A stretch of DNA of 64,000 bases from a virus. Its lineage: Duplodnaviria > Caudoviricetes. How positions within the stretch are numbered: position 1 is the first letter of the stretch; every line of letters begins with the position of its first letter. The position numbers were made by a program, and so were the translations under genes. The notes below the pieces were generated by a model. It was not told the DNA's origin and did not search any database. It saw only the letters and a program-made list of their open reading frames with translations. Positions 19,509 to 28,611 of the stretch are shown here, piece after piece. The stretch lies in IMG/VR virus record IMGVR_UViG_3300028792_000003, positions 27,794 to 91,793 of that record; one strand, 5' to 3'.

Positions 19509-19888
19509 GCACATCTCAACAGCGTCCTAAGCGGGTGCTGAAGGCACGCAACCTGCCGACACAGGACAAGCGCCCCACCTGCCCGCTGCACGACCTGAAG
19601 ATGCCCTACAACATCGACGAACTCCGGTGGGAGTGTCCCCGTCAAGGGTGTGCGCAGGTGGTGTTCCCCAAAGCCACCGTCGAGAACGGCAGACCGGTGC
19701 TGGGCCGTGGTGAGGTTGAACTCTTCAGGATGCTCAACCCTGACACCGGTCAGTACCACTACTTGCTACGATCATCCGAGAACAACGTGATGATCGACAT
19801 CACGGAGAACATGACTGGTGCCGTGGACAGCATCGTAGGCAGCAAGGCTTCCTTTGGGGTCCAGGCACTTATAGCGGGGGACTGGTAG
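19505..19888 (+). CDS. hypothetical Zn-ribbon protein
   Basis: CPLH...CPRQGC; GTGA overlap. Confidence 0.55.
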   Translation: MSTSQQRPKRVLKARNLPTQDKRPTCPLHDLKMPYNIDELRWECPRQGCAQVVFPKATVENGRPVLGRGEVELFRMLNPDTGQYHYLLRSSENNVMIDITENMTGAVDSIVGSKASFGVQALIAGDW

Positions 19889-19891
19889 GAC

Positions 19892-20449
19892 ATGAGCAAC
19901 ACCGTGGTGAGAACTGTCGTCATAGGCATTGACCCTTCGTCCAAGAAGATCGCCGCCACTGTCACAGTCAACGGAGCGGAACCAACCCTGCGTATCAGGC
20001 CGCTGCCCACCGGCAGGCGAGACACGCCCCGGCAGTTGTTTCTGGCCGGTCGCTGGTTCCGCCGACTCATCATGGAGTTCGACCCGCAGAGCAATGACGT
20101 ATATGTCTACATCGAGAACCCGTTCGTGTCTCCGAAGACGATCCGGGCATGCCTGCCACTGGCCCGGATGCACGGACATCTGATGGCCACCGCTTACGCA
20201 TGTGGAGTCAAGGTCGTTGACGGGGTGGACATCAGCCGGTGGAAGTCGGTTTCCATCGGCAAGGGCAACGCATCCAAGACGGAGATCATGGCGTGGGTGC
20301 GCAAGTGCTGGCCCCAGGCCGCAGAGCAGGTCGGCAAGGACCAGGACAAGGCAGACTCGGCTGGGATCAACGTGTACGGCCAGCACATGGTGAAGCAGAT
20401 CAAGAAGATCGAACGACTGAAGGAGAAGAACAGTGCCGACCAAGGCTAG
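19892..20449 (+). CDS. ruvC: RuvC-like Holliday junction resolvase
   Basis: VIGIDPS, VYIENP, WK...GKGNASKTEI, DKADS. Confidence 0.85.
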   Translation: MSNTVVRTVVIGIDPSSKKIAATVTVNGAEPTLRIRPLPTGRRDTPRQLFLAGRWFRRLIMEFDPQSNDVYVYIENPFVSPKTIRACLPLARMHGHLMATAYACGVKVVDGVDISRWKSVSIGKGNASKTEIMAWVRKCWPQAAEQVGKDQDKADSAGINVYGQHMVKQIKKIERLKEKNSADQG

Positions 20450-21941
20450 TGGGACCAAGGGCAAGAAGAAGGACAGCGATCCTCAGTTCGCCATCATCAA
20501 GACCGAACTCGTTCCGTTGGCAGACCTGCGGATGTACTACAAGAACCCCCGTGTCGGTAATGTCAACGAGGTGGCCAAGAGCCTGCACGTGAACAGCCAG
20601 TTCAAGCCGGTAGTTGTGAACGTTGGTACGCACACCGGGCGGGACAACGAGATCCTGGCTGGCAACCACACGTTCAAGGCCGCTGGCAAGGAACTCCAGT
20701 GGGTCGAGGACGGCGAGACCTACGAGAAGCCCACCTGGACGCATATCTGGGCGTCGTTCGTAGACGTGGACGAGGACGCTGCCAAGCGCATCGTGCTCGC
20801 TGACAACGCGACTGCCGACAAGGGCGAGTACGACGAGAAGTTGCGAGCGGAACTCCTGCTGGACCTCCCGAACGTCAGTGGTACCGGCTACACCCTGGAC
20901 GAGTTCGAGGACATCAAGGCCGACTTCGGTGACTTCGGTGACGACATCGACTTGTCCGAGGACGGCGAAGACCTCGAATCCATGATGGACGACGAGGACT
21001 ACGAGGAGCAGCCCAAGGGAAAGCGGTTCGCGGACACCGAACTTGGCGACGAGATCGACGCCGAGGAGGACGAGTCTCCGATCAGCAACCGCGAGCGGCT
21101 GAAGATCAAGGAAGAGACCGGCATCGACATCGCCAAGCAGTCGGAGGAACTCGGTGGTGTCCTCCAGTTGGACGACTCGCCGTTCTTCGACTACGTGAAG
21201 GTCGGTACCGGCGAACTCCAGTTCCAGTTGCCCCGGTACCTTCCCGAGATGTTGGTGCAGACGTCCGACCTGCCGGAGAAGTGGTCGGCCTGGGCGGGTA
21301 GCGCCACCCGGGACAAGCCGGAGAACGAAGACCCCGATCACTGGTGGCTCTACAACTACGGGGTGGACAGCACTTCCGGCATGGAGCACGTCGCCAACTC
21401 GTTCGTGTCCTTCTTCACCTTTGACGAGTACTTCGAGCGGTGGTGGGACGCTCCATCCAAGTACGTCGCCAAGTTGATCAATAGCAAGGTCAAGTACGCG
21501 GTCACGCCTGACTTCTCGTCGGTCAGCGAAATGGGCAACACGTTCTGCCTGTGGCAGATCTACCGGCAGATGTACCTGGGCCGGTACTTCCAGGAGGCGG
21601 GCATCAAGTTGCTGCCGCACGTGATCTGGCCGGATGGCGACATGGAGTTCCTGGAGAACATCACCCTGGCTGCCCTGCCGGACGAGGTTCCGGTGCTGAT
21701 GCTCCAGTTGCAGACCATTGACGAGAAGAACGTCGCGGGTGGCATCCAGCACTTCAAGGACCAGGTGCAGAAGATCATCAAGACGGTCAACCCCGAGACG
21801 CTCGTCGTCTACGCGGGCAAGCCGGGGCTGGAGTTCGTCCAGTCGCTCAACCTGCATGGCAGCGACCTGCGGTGGCTGAACACCCGGCAGGCCGCACTGT
21901 CGGAGTCCATGAAGGGCCGCACCAAGAAGACCGGCCTCTGA
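20433..21941 (+). CDS. ParB-N domain fused to DUF4417-like domain
   Basis: YKNPR...PVVVN...ILAGNHTFKAA...VLADN; C-terminal FFTFDEYFE, TPDFS, WQIYR...YFQEAGI. Confidence 0.8.
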   Translation: MPTKASGTKGKKKDSDPQFAIIKTELVPLADLRMYYKNPRVGNVNEVAKSLHVNSQFKPVVVNVGTHTGRDNEILAGNHTFKAAGKELQWVEDGETYEKPTWTHIWASFVDVDEDAAKRIVLADNATADKGEYDEKLRAELLLDLPNVSGTGYTLDEFEDIKADFGDFGDDIDLSEDGEDLESMMDDEDYEEQPKGKRFADTELGDEIDAEEDESPISNRERLKIKEETGIDIAKQSEELGGVLQLDDSPFFDYVKVGTGELQFQLPRYLPEMLVQTSDLPEKWSAWAGSATRDKPENEDPDHWWLYNYGVDSTSGMEHVANSFVSFFTFDEYFERWWDAPSKYVAKLINSKVKYAVTPDFSSVSEMGNTFCLWQIYRQMYLGRYFQEAGIKLLPHVIWPDGDMEFLENITLAALPDEVPVLMLQLQTIDEKNVAGGIQHFKDQVQKIIKTVNPETLVVYAGKPGLEFVQSLNLHGSDLRWLNTRQAALSESMKGRTKKTGL

Positions 21942-21979
21942 TCAACAACACCATCCGCCAGTGGAAGGCAACTAACAAC

Positions 21980-22870
21980 ATGACGACGTTCAACAACATC
22001 GAAGAGTCACCCACCGGGAAGATCGGGCGGAAGAAGTCCGATGTCACCATCCTGGGGGTTCCGTTCGACCTCGCCAGTACCAACCACTCCGGTCAGCGAA
22101 ATGCGCCGTACCGGATTAGGGATGCCGGGTTCTGGGACGAGGGCATGTACACCACCCAGCACGGCGTTGACCCGTTGCAGGCCCTGGAGGTGGTGGACGC
22201 CGGGGACGTGGAGATCATCCCCGGAGACACTCTGGGCGGCTGGCAGGCCATCCAGGACGCCGCTGCGCAGATCTACGCCAACACCCGGTGCCTGATCAGT
22301 ATCGGAGGGGACCACTCGATCACGGCGAAACTGCTGGCGGGCATCGTGTCCATCGAGCGTGACCCCGTGACGGTGTTCCACTTCGACGCGCACTGGGACT
22401 ACTGGCAGCACGACGCCGGGGTGGAGATGAACCACGGCACCTGGGTCCGCTACGTCATCGACAACGGGCTGGCCAACCGGGTGGTCCAGTTCGGGGTACG
22501 AGGCTGGGGCGTCCCCAAGACCGATGCCGCGTGGGCCGTGAAGAACGACATCACCACGTACCACGCTTCCAGCCGGTGGATGGACAGCCTGGTCGCGGAG
22601 ATCAAGGACACCAGCGACCCGATCTACCTGTCCATCGACGTGGACGTGCTGGACCCGGCGTTCGCTCCGGGGGTCGCCTATCAGGAGCCGGGCGGTTGGA
22701 CCACCAGAGAACTCTTCGGTGCGATCAAGGCCGTCGCAGGTTCGGGGAAGATGATCGGTGCCGACGTGGTGGAGGTGATCCCCGACCGCGATCCCACCGG
22801 GCAGACGGTGAAGGTGGCCAACAGATGCGTTGCTCAGTTGCTCACCAGCATCGCCGCTACCCGGAAGTGA
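21980..22870 (+). CDS. speB: agmatinase / ureohydrolase
   Basis: GVPFD, GGDHSIT, FDAHWD, HGT, SIDVDVLDPAFAPG, DVVEV. Confidence 0.88.
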   Translation: MTTFNNIEESPTGKIGRKKSDVTILGVPFDLASTNHSGQRNAPYRIRDAGFWDEGMYTTQHGVDPLQALEVVDAGDVEIIPGDTLGGWQAIQDAAAQIYANTRCLISIGGDHSITAKLLAGIVSIERDPVTVFHFDAHWDYWQHDAGVEMNHGTWVRYVIDNGLANRVVQFGVRGWGVPKTDAAWAVKNDITTYHASSRWMDSLVAEIKDTSDPIYLSIDVDVLDPAFAPGVAYQEPGGWTTRELFGAIKAVAGSGKMIGADVVEVIPDRDPTGQTVKVANRCVAQLLTSIAATRK

Positions 22871-23002
22871 CCGGGAAGTCAACGCACTGATTCAACGTGT
22901 CGTGGAAGACGCGTGTCGGGTTCCTTGTACGGTGGTGCGCCACAGGAGAAACTTGCACCAGTTGTTACGGCGAACCCCGTCGTACCCCGAAAGGAGAAAG
23001 TC

Positions 23003-23338
23003 GTGATCGAGGACTTCATGCTCGACACCGACGACGACGCGCTCGTCGTTTCCGGCGCTGCCACTCGTGGTGGCGGTGGTGGTGGTTCCGCCAAGAAGGC
23101 TGCCAAGCGTGGTGGCGGTACTCGTGCCCGCAAGGCCGCGAAGAAGACCACGGCCCGTCGTGGTGGCTCCACTGCCAAGAAGACGGCCAAGAAGGCTGCC
23201 AAGAAGGTCGGTCGCGCTCCGGCTCGTCCCGCCAAGAAGGCCGCGAAGAAGGTCGGTCGTCCCGTCAAGCGGACCGCCGCCAAGAAGGTCGCCAAGAAGG
23301 CCGTGAAGAAGACCGCTCGCCCCCGCAAGCGGGCTTGA
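23003..23338 (+). CDS. histone H1-like Lys/Ala/Arg-rich protein with short acidic leader
   Basis: AAGGAG RBS before GTG; AAKK repeats. Confidence 0.8.
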   Translation: MIEDFMLDTDDDALVVSGAATRGGGGGGSAKKAAKRGGGTRARKAAKKTTARRGGSTAKKTAKKAAKKVGRAPARPAKKAAKKVGRPVKRTAAKKVAKKAVKKTARPRKRA

Positions 23339-23371
23339 TCCACCGGCACCATCGCAATACCGCACCCACGA

Positions 23372-23417
23372 GAAGGGCGCTCTGGCCTAGCAACAGCCGG
23401 AGCGCCCTTCCTCTTTC
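23372..23417 (+). terminator. intrinsic terminator-like hairpin
   Basis: gaagggcgctc...gagcgcccttc followed by ctcttt. Confidence 0.65.
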
Positions 23418-23440
23418 CCTAGTGAAGAAAGACGAACAAC

Positions 23441-23845
23441 ATGACCAACATCAGACACGAGGAAGCGCTGGACGCCATGTTCGTGCTTCCGCCTGAACTA
23501 CTGGAGCAGTTCGGGCCGGACGACACCCACGAGCGCTGTGCCGTTCTGCTGGGCCACCGGGACCGGGGCAAGTTCGTGATCACCGACGTTGTGGAGGTCG
23601 CCAACGACGCGACGGACACCACGTCCACGTTCGCCATCAAGGCGGGCTCGATCAAGCGTGCGGTGCGCAAGGGCCGGGGGGTCTTCCTCGGCGTGCTGCA
23701 CACACACTGGGAATCGACCACCTACCCGTCGATCAACGACGTGCAGAACATCCCGCGTGGCTGGATCGGCTGCGTGCTCCACACCAAGACAAGAACAATC
23801 ACTTACTACACCCGCTCTGGGTACGTGACGGAGGTTCACCCCTGA
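23441..23845 (+). CDS. JAB/MPN+ (JAMM) metallopeptidase
   Basis: ERCAVLLG...HTH...PSIND. Confidence 0.8.
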   Translation: MTNIRHEEALDAMFVLPPELLEQFGPDDTHERCAVLLGHRDRGKFVITDVVEVANDATDTTSTFAIKAGSIKRAVRKGRGVFLGVLHTHWESTTYPSINDVQNIPRGWIGCVLHTKTRTITYYTRSGYVTEVHP

Positions 23846-24759
23846 TGCAGAAGACCGAGTACAAGAACGGTGAGGACTGGGTTAAGTTCAGCGTCCCCGA
23901 CGAGGACGGGGAGCCAGAGCAGTGGATGGTCCAGTCCAACTTCCTGCTGTCGAACTGGACGTGCATCTACGGACAGGGGTGCCCGGGTCTGACTCCCGCA
24001 AACGAGAACCGCTACTTCGATGACATCGGCTGTTGCAAGTTGGGGTTCTGGTTCACCGACATCGAGGACTACGAGAAGGTCGAGAAGCAGATCAAGAACC
24101 TGTCCAAAGAGGACTGGGACGACGAACTGCGTCAGTACGTTGACAAGAACGGCTGGGCGAACATCTACAGCATCGACCGGGACAACGACGAGATCAACGG
24201 CAAGTCGAAGGTCACCGACTTCGGGTGTGTGTTCGCCAACCGCAACACGGGCAGCGTCGGATCGACCGGCAAGACCGGATGCGCGTTCCACCACCTCGCC
24301 GCCAGGACCGGCCAGGACCACGTGGACGTGATGCCCCAGGTCTGCTGGCAGTTGCCCATCAAGTACGAGTTCGATGACGACAACGACCGGCACGTCATTC
24401 AGCCCTGGACCGTGGACCAGTGGGGCGGGGAGGACGAGGAAGGCTCACACGACCACATCATGTGCTGGTGGTGCACAGAGACGCCCGACGCCTACGTGGG
24501 CAGCAAGCCTGTGCTGGCAGCCATGGAGCACGAACTCCGGGAGATCATGGGCGACACGGCGTACGACGAGATGGTCCGGGTGCTGAACGCCCGACCCAAG
24601 CCCGCACCGATGCCGGGGTCCGTCACCAACGACGGCAGGCCGATGATCCCGCTGCTGATCGGCAACCGGGAACCGTACAAGGCACCATCGGCAACCAGCA
24701 CTCCCGCAGTGATGAAGAAGATGAAGGAGACCGGCAATGTCGTCGTCCCAGGTTCCTAG
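23845..24759 (+). CDS. Cys-rich DUF3109-like protein (putative Fe-S/Zn), host-like actinobacterial family
   Basis: WTCIYGQGC, GCC, GCVF, GCAFH, PQVCWQLP, WWCTE. Confidence 0.7.
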   Translation: MQKTEYKNGEDWVKFSVPDEDGEPEQWMVQSNFLLSNWTCIYGQGCPGLTPANENRYFDDIGCCKLGFWFTDIEDYEKVEKQIKNLSKEDWDDELRQYVDKNGWANIYSIDRDNDEINGKSKVTDFGCVFANRNTGSVGSTGKTGCAFHHLAARTGQDHVDVMPQVCWQLPIKYEFDDDNDRHVIQPWTVDQWGGEDEEGSHDHIMCWWCTETPDAYVGSKPVLAAMEHELREIMGDTAYDEMVRVLNARPKPAPMPGSVTNDGRPMIPLLIGNREPYKAPSATSTPAVMKKMKETGNVVVPGS

Positions 24760-24946
24760 TCCCGCAGACGATGCCGCCAAGAAGCGGATGGCGGCACTGA
24801 CACTCGCGGTGCTGCACCACGCATCGTCCAACCTGGCAGAAAGGGCTGTCCCTCCGGGGTGGCAGACCGTCGTGGACACCGCCGACGGGTTCCTGGACTA
24901 CATCAACACCGGCAACAAGCCGCAGCAGACAAGAGGAAGGCGATGA
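24737..24946 (+). CDS. hypothetical protein
   Basis: AAGGAG RBS. Confidence 0.55.
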   Translation: MSSSQVPSPADDAAKKRMAALTLAVLHHASSNLAERAVPPGWQTVVDTADGFLDYINTGNKPQQTRGRR

Positions 24947-25407
24947 TCATCACCATGGCCGAGCAGCACTGGCACGACCACGAGACGGAGCACACCACCC
25001 TCTACGGCCAGTTGGTCTGTCCTACCAACTGTCATTACGCCGGAAAGGACAGATTGTGGGAGACGGACATTGACGAACTGAAGGAGTGCGTCGCTGCTGC
25101 CCGTCATCTTCGTCCGACCAAGCACACAAGAAGTCAGTGCTTGACGGCAAGGTTCGACCCACGTCCGGCGGAAGAGCAGCAACCTGACCTGGTTAACCAC
25201 CCGCCGCACTACACCGGGAACGCCAACGGGGTCGAGTGCATCGACGTCGTGGAAGACCTGGGGTTCTGCATCGGCAACGCGATCAAGTACCTGTGGCGTG
25301 CCGACGAGAAGGACAACGCGCTCCAGGATCTACAGAAGGCGCGCTGGTACATCGACCGGGAGATCAACCGCCGCGAACGCCGCCAGTCTGGCGATAGCGG
25401 CAAGTAG
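24943..25407 (+). CDS. DUF3310 (SaV-like) domain protein
   Basis: VNHPPHY...ECID...FCIGNAIKYLWRA..K...DLQKARWY. Confidence 0.85.
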   Translation: MIITMAEQHWHDHETEHTTLYGQLVCPTNCHYAGKDRLWETDIDELKECVAAARHLRPTKHTRSQCLTARFDPRPAEEQQPDLVNHPPHYTGNANGVECIDVVEDLGFCIGNAIKYLWRADEKDNALQDLQKARWYIDREINRRERRQSGDSGK

Positions 25408-25467
25408 ACCAGCATCACTCAATAACAACCAATCATTCAACAACAACCAGTGGGGAGCCTTATCCAA

Positions 25468-25917
25468 ATGACTAGCACGAGCCTGATCGACACCAAGAGC
25501 CCGAACAAGACCGCCTGCGTGGACAACGGCAAGCACAAGTGGCAGGTCGCTCGCATCCGGGGCACCAAGGTCCGCCACCAGTGCGCCAAGTGCCTGCACA
25601 TGGACAGGTGGGTCCAGACGGCCAACTCCGGCAAGGTCACCGTCCAGAAGAACAGCAAGCCGCAGCCCGTGAACGCCACCAAGCAGAACTCCTTCACGGA
25701 CGAGCCGGGGAAGGTCACCAAGTTGACCGGTTCCAACTCGGTGCACGAGCACCTCGGTGACAGCACGTCGCAGATCTTCAAGGACTACGCCGCCACGTTG
25801 ACCGTCACGGAGTTGCGCGAGAAGGCCAAGAAGCACGGCCTGACCGGCTACTCGAAGATGAAGAAGGACGACCTGATCACGGCCCTCACCACGGCGCAGC
25901 CCGTGCAGACGGCCTAG
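25468..25917 (+). CDS. protein with N-terminal Zn-binding motif and C-terminal Rho-N domain
   Basis: LTVTELREKAKKHGLTGYSKMKKDDLITAL. Confidence 0.75.
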   Translation: MTSTSLIDTKSPNKTACVDNGKHKWQVARIRGTKVRHQCAKCLHMDRWVQTANSGKVTVQKNSKPQPVNATKQNSFTDEPGKVTKLTGSNSVHEHLGDSTSQIFKDYAATLTVTELREKAKKHGLTGYSKMKKDDLITALTTAQPVQTA

Positions 25918-25962
25918 TCCGGCAGACCACCGCTTCTTAGAGGCGAGCCTTCTAAGGGCCTT

Positions 25963-26038
25963 CAGGGCGGCTCGACGGGTGTCCCGGGGTGATTCCACGT
26001 CCCGAACCCTGTTGGGCCGTCCTGGGGCCGTTTCCGGG
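25963..26038. repeat. intergenic hairpin element, copy 1 (related to 39947-40027)
   Basis: 14-bp stem with G-U pairs; shares CCGAACCCTGTT and a 14-nt inverted segment with copy 2. Confidence 0.5.
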
Positions 26039-26064
26039 GGTTACAAGAACGGAGTAGGACCAGC

Positions 26065-26331
26065 ATGGGATACGACCAGCGCCTACGGGCGCAGCAGAAG
26101 CAGTTCCAGAAGCGATACGACGAGGTTGTCATCAAGAACGAGCAGGTCATCAACGCGCTCAGGCTGATGGGCATCGTCAATGCCGGGTACGAGGTCACAC
26201 TCGAACTGGCCGTTGCACTGCTCGCACAGGGCAAGCACGACGAGGCGGCACAGATCTGCACCGAGTCATTGGCGACCTGGCAGAAGTTCCTGTCCGGTCA
26301 CGACACCGAGGTCAAGGAGGCAATGCAGTGA
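26065..26331 (+). CDS. hypothetical protein
   Basis: AGGA RBS, codon bias. Confidence 0.6.
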   Translation: MGYDQRLRAQQKQFQKRYDEVVIKNEQVINALRLMGIVNAGYEVTLELAVALLAQGKHDEAAQICTESLATWQKFLSGHDTEVKEAMQ

Positions 26332-27050
26332 GCAAGAGCATCATCGAATCCGGCACTCTCGGGACGTACGTGTCCCAGCCCATCGAAGTCGAGGCAGTGC
26401 AGTGGACCGGGGAGAACGCCGGGGAGATGACCCAGTTCTTCAAGAACCGGCAGCCGGAGAACCAGCGCAACTGGATCAGGCGTCAGGCTGCATCGAAGGG
26501 CCTGTGGGAGCACATCGCTGGCAACGCGGACTGGAAGGACGACAAGGCATACACGGCGGCGGTGTTCGACTACATCCACGACACCTGGGTCGGAGTGAAG
26601 ACGAACCAGTTCATCATCTACGGCACCAAGCAGGAGTTCTACCCCTGTGACAGTGACGTCTTCACGACCAAGTACCGGTCCCGGGCAGAGGCAGCCAGCA
26701 GTGACGCTGTTCAGGCGGAGCCGCAGGTAGAGCCGGAGCCGACTGAGCCTGAGCCCAGGCCGGAGCCTGACCCCAACGTCAGTACGGACCCGAACCTGTT
26801 CGCACACATCGTCGGCAGCAGGCTGGCCGACTTCTTCACCGAGGAACTCGGGGTTCTGTTCGGGGTGGCCATGGACAACGCTGCTCGGGCAGCCGTCGAT
26901 GCGGTCAACAAGGCCGAGTGGGAAGAGACCAGTTCCGACGACCAGGACGTCACCGACGTGATCCGGGAAGCGCTGGACGACGCCACCGAGGAAGCGTCCC
27001 AGTCGGCCTTGGTCAAGCAGGCTGGCAAGGCGGGCAAGGTCACGGACTGA
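26328..27050 (+). CDS. hypothetical phage protein (VEAVQWTGEN family)
   Basis: PIEVEAVQWTGEN...EFYPCDSDVFTTKY is a common phage motif. Confidence 0.7.
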   Translation: MSKSIIESGTLGTYVSQPIEVEAVQWTGENAGEMTQFFKNRQPENQRNWIRRQAASKGLWEHIAGNADWKDDKAYTAAVFDYIHDTWVGVKTNQFIIYGTKQEFYPCDSDVFTTKYRSRAEAASSDAVQAEPQVEPEPTEPEPRPEPDPNVSTDPNLFAHIVGSRLADFFTEELGVLFGVAMDNAARAAVDAVNKAEWEETSSDDQDVTDVIREALDDATEEASQSALVKQAGKAGKVTD

Positions 27051-27241
27051 TGCAGTACCTGTGCTGCCCGAACTACGGGTGGAAGCGGGTCACTCGCCGG
27101 GAGTTCTCGGACGGCACCGGCTACGCCTGCGACCACTGTTCATGGTCCGCGTACATCGAGGAAGAGGGCGACCAGCCTGATCTGCGCAGGCTTCAGGACT
27201 GCAACCCTCTGCGCAGCATCCAGTTCAAGTACCGGCAGTAG
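27050..27241 (+). CDS. small Zn-ribbon protein
   Basis: TGATG overlap; CPN...CDHC. Confidence 0.5.
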   Translation: MQYLCCPNYGWKRVTRREFSDGTGYACDHCSWSAYIEEEGDQPDLRRLQDCNPLRSIQFKYRQ

Positions 27242-27246
27242 ACACG

Positions 27247-27299
27247 AGAAAGCCCCGGCCTTCGCCTAGTGCGTGATCTAGGTGACGGTCGGGGCTTTC
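27247..27299. terminator. terminator-like hairpin
   Basis: gaaagccccggcc...ggtcggggctttc. Confidence 0.65.
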
Positions 27300-27304
27300 C
27301 AGCA

Positions 27305-27470
27305 GTGGAAGCCAACGCCCTGGGCAAGAGCATTGTGTATGTCGGATCGGTTGGTGACCCGCGAACTACCGGGAAGGAATACGCCCCACTAGTTAGTTCC
27401 GGTCACCACTGGGGTTCCAACCCAGCGTTTGGTGATACCGACATGCCCCAAGAGTGGCAGTTCCAAACCA
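27305..27470 (+). ncRNA. candidate multibranch structured RNA
   Basis: nested stems 27337-45/27438-46, 27352-59/27401-08, 27363-68/27394-99, 27409-13/27421-25. Confidence 0.45.
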
Positions 27471-27680
27471 CGGAAGTCAACAAGATTGCGGCACTCAGTG
27501 CGACGAATGTCTGAACCAGCGTAATCACAGGCTTTTGTTTACCGAGGTCAGGGGCTGTTTTGCTGATTCACCCTGCCGAAGAAAAACATGAGCAGAGAGG
27601 GACGGAAATCACATCATGCGTGGAACGAGGGCACCACAGAACGGTAACAACCTGGCAGAGCAAACGAATCCGGAGGCCCC

Positions 27681-27869
27681 GTGAACCGGCTGCTGCGGCT
27701 GATGGCCAGCCTGCGGTGCGGGGCGTTCGGCCACCTGGAGATCACCGTCATAGATGAAGTCCTGCCAGTGCACGGGAGAGGCTGGCAGGTCATCACCCAG
27801 CACCATGCAGCCTGCCGCCGCTGCCTGCGCACACTGAACCACCCAAAGAGCAACACACCATTCTTCTAA
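27681..27869 (+). CDS. hypothetical protein
   Basis: GGAGG RBS; C..FGH...CRRC. Confidence 0.55.
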   Translation: MNRLLRLMASLRCGAFGHLEITVIDEVLPVHGRGWQVITQHHAACRRCLRTLNHPKSNTPFF

Positions 27870-27890
27870 CTGATACCGGGGGTATCGAGC

Positions 27891-28181
27891 ATGAGCACCG
27901 ACCCGAACGCCACCACTAGCACTGCGGCCAACCCGCACTACTACCGGCGCAACGGCCTGAACTGGGACGCGATCCGCGAGGACTACAACAAGCGCGCCAC
28001 TCCGCTGGAGCGCGGTCTGGTGGACGGCGTGGAGGTTCCCGTCCAGGAGCGCAGGACGCTACGGAAGAAGACGGCTGCGTCTGCTGTTCCGTCCCAGCGC
28101 AAGACGATCCGCAAGAAGACAGAGCAGAAGACGAAGATGACCCGCGACGACAAGGGCGACCTGAAGGTGTCCCGGAAGTAA
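27891..28181 (+). CDS. hypothetical basic protein
   Basis: codon bias; RRTLRKK and RKTIRKK motifs. Confidence 0.6.
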   Translation: MSTDPNATTSTAANPHYYRRNGLNWDAIREDYNKRATPLERGLVDGVEVPVQERRTLRKKTAASAVPSQRKTIRKKTEQKTKMTRDDKGDLKVSRK

Positions 28182-28293
28182 ACTCAGATCACGCGGGGCC
28201 GGGCAGGAAACCCATCATCGGGGCATGCTGTCCTGCTCGGTCCCGCGCACCAAGACCAACAGCCAGGCGAATCAACAAGAAAGGAAGTGCAAC

Positions 28294-28473
28294 ATGGCTC
28301 GTATCAAGATCACCGGCTACATCGACACCGACGAACTGGAGCAGGACGAGGTAGACACCAGCCACGAGATGGGCCTGAGCGTCGAGGGCTACGAGGCTGC
28401 TGTCGGTATCGACGGTGGTGGTGGCTGGTCGTTCACACGCATGAACGACGTCGAGTTCGTGCTGGAGAAGTAG
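28294..28473 (+). CDS. hypothetical acidic protein
   Basis: AAGGA RBS, codon bias. Confidence 0.6.
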   Translation: MARIKITGYIDTDELEQDEVDTSHEMGLSVEGYEAAVGIDGGGGWSFTRMNDVEFVLEK

Positions 28474-28611
28474 CACCCAAGGACTCCGCTCCCCATCGGG
28501 CGGGCCGGATGCTTCTGCCTGTAGGTCAGGAGCAGTCCGGAAGATAAACAGTGGTCCGACCACATTCACGGTGGGTGAGGAAGGTGGGCACTGCGGCGTC
28601 CATCTTCCAAC

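Noticed and set aside
28505-28545. SRP RNA-like words (tcagg, agcag, ccggaag)
   Set aside because: Order and pairing do not reproduce the SRP domain IV consensus
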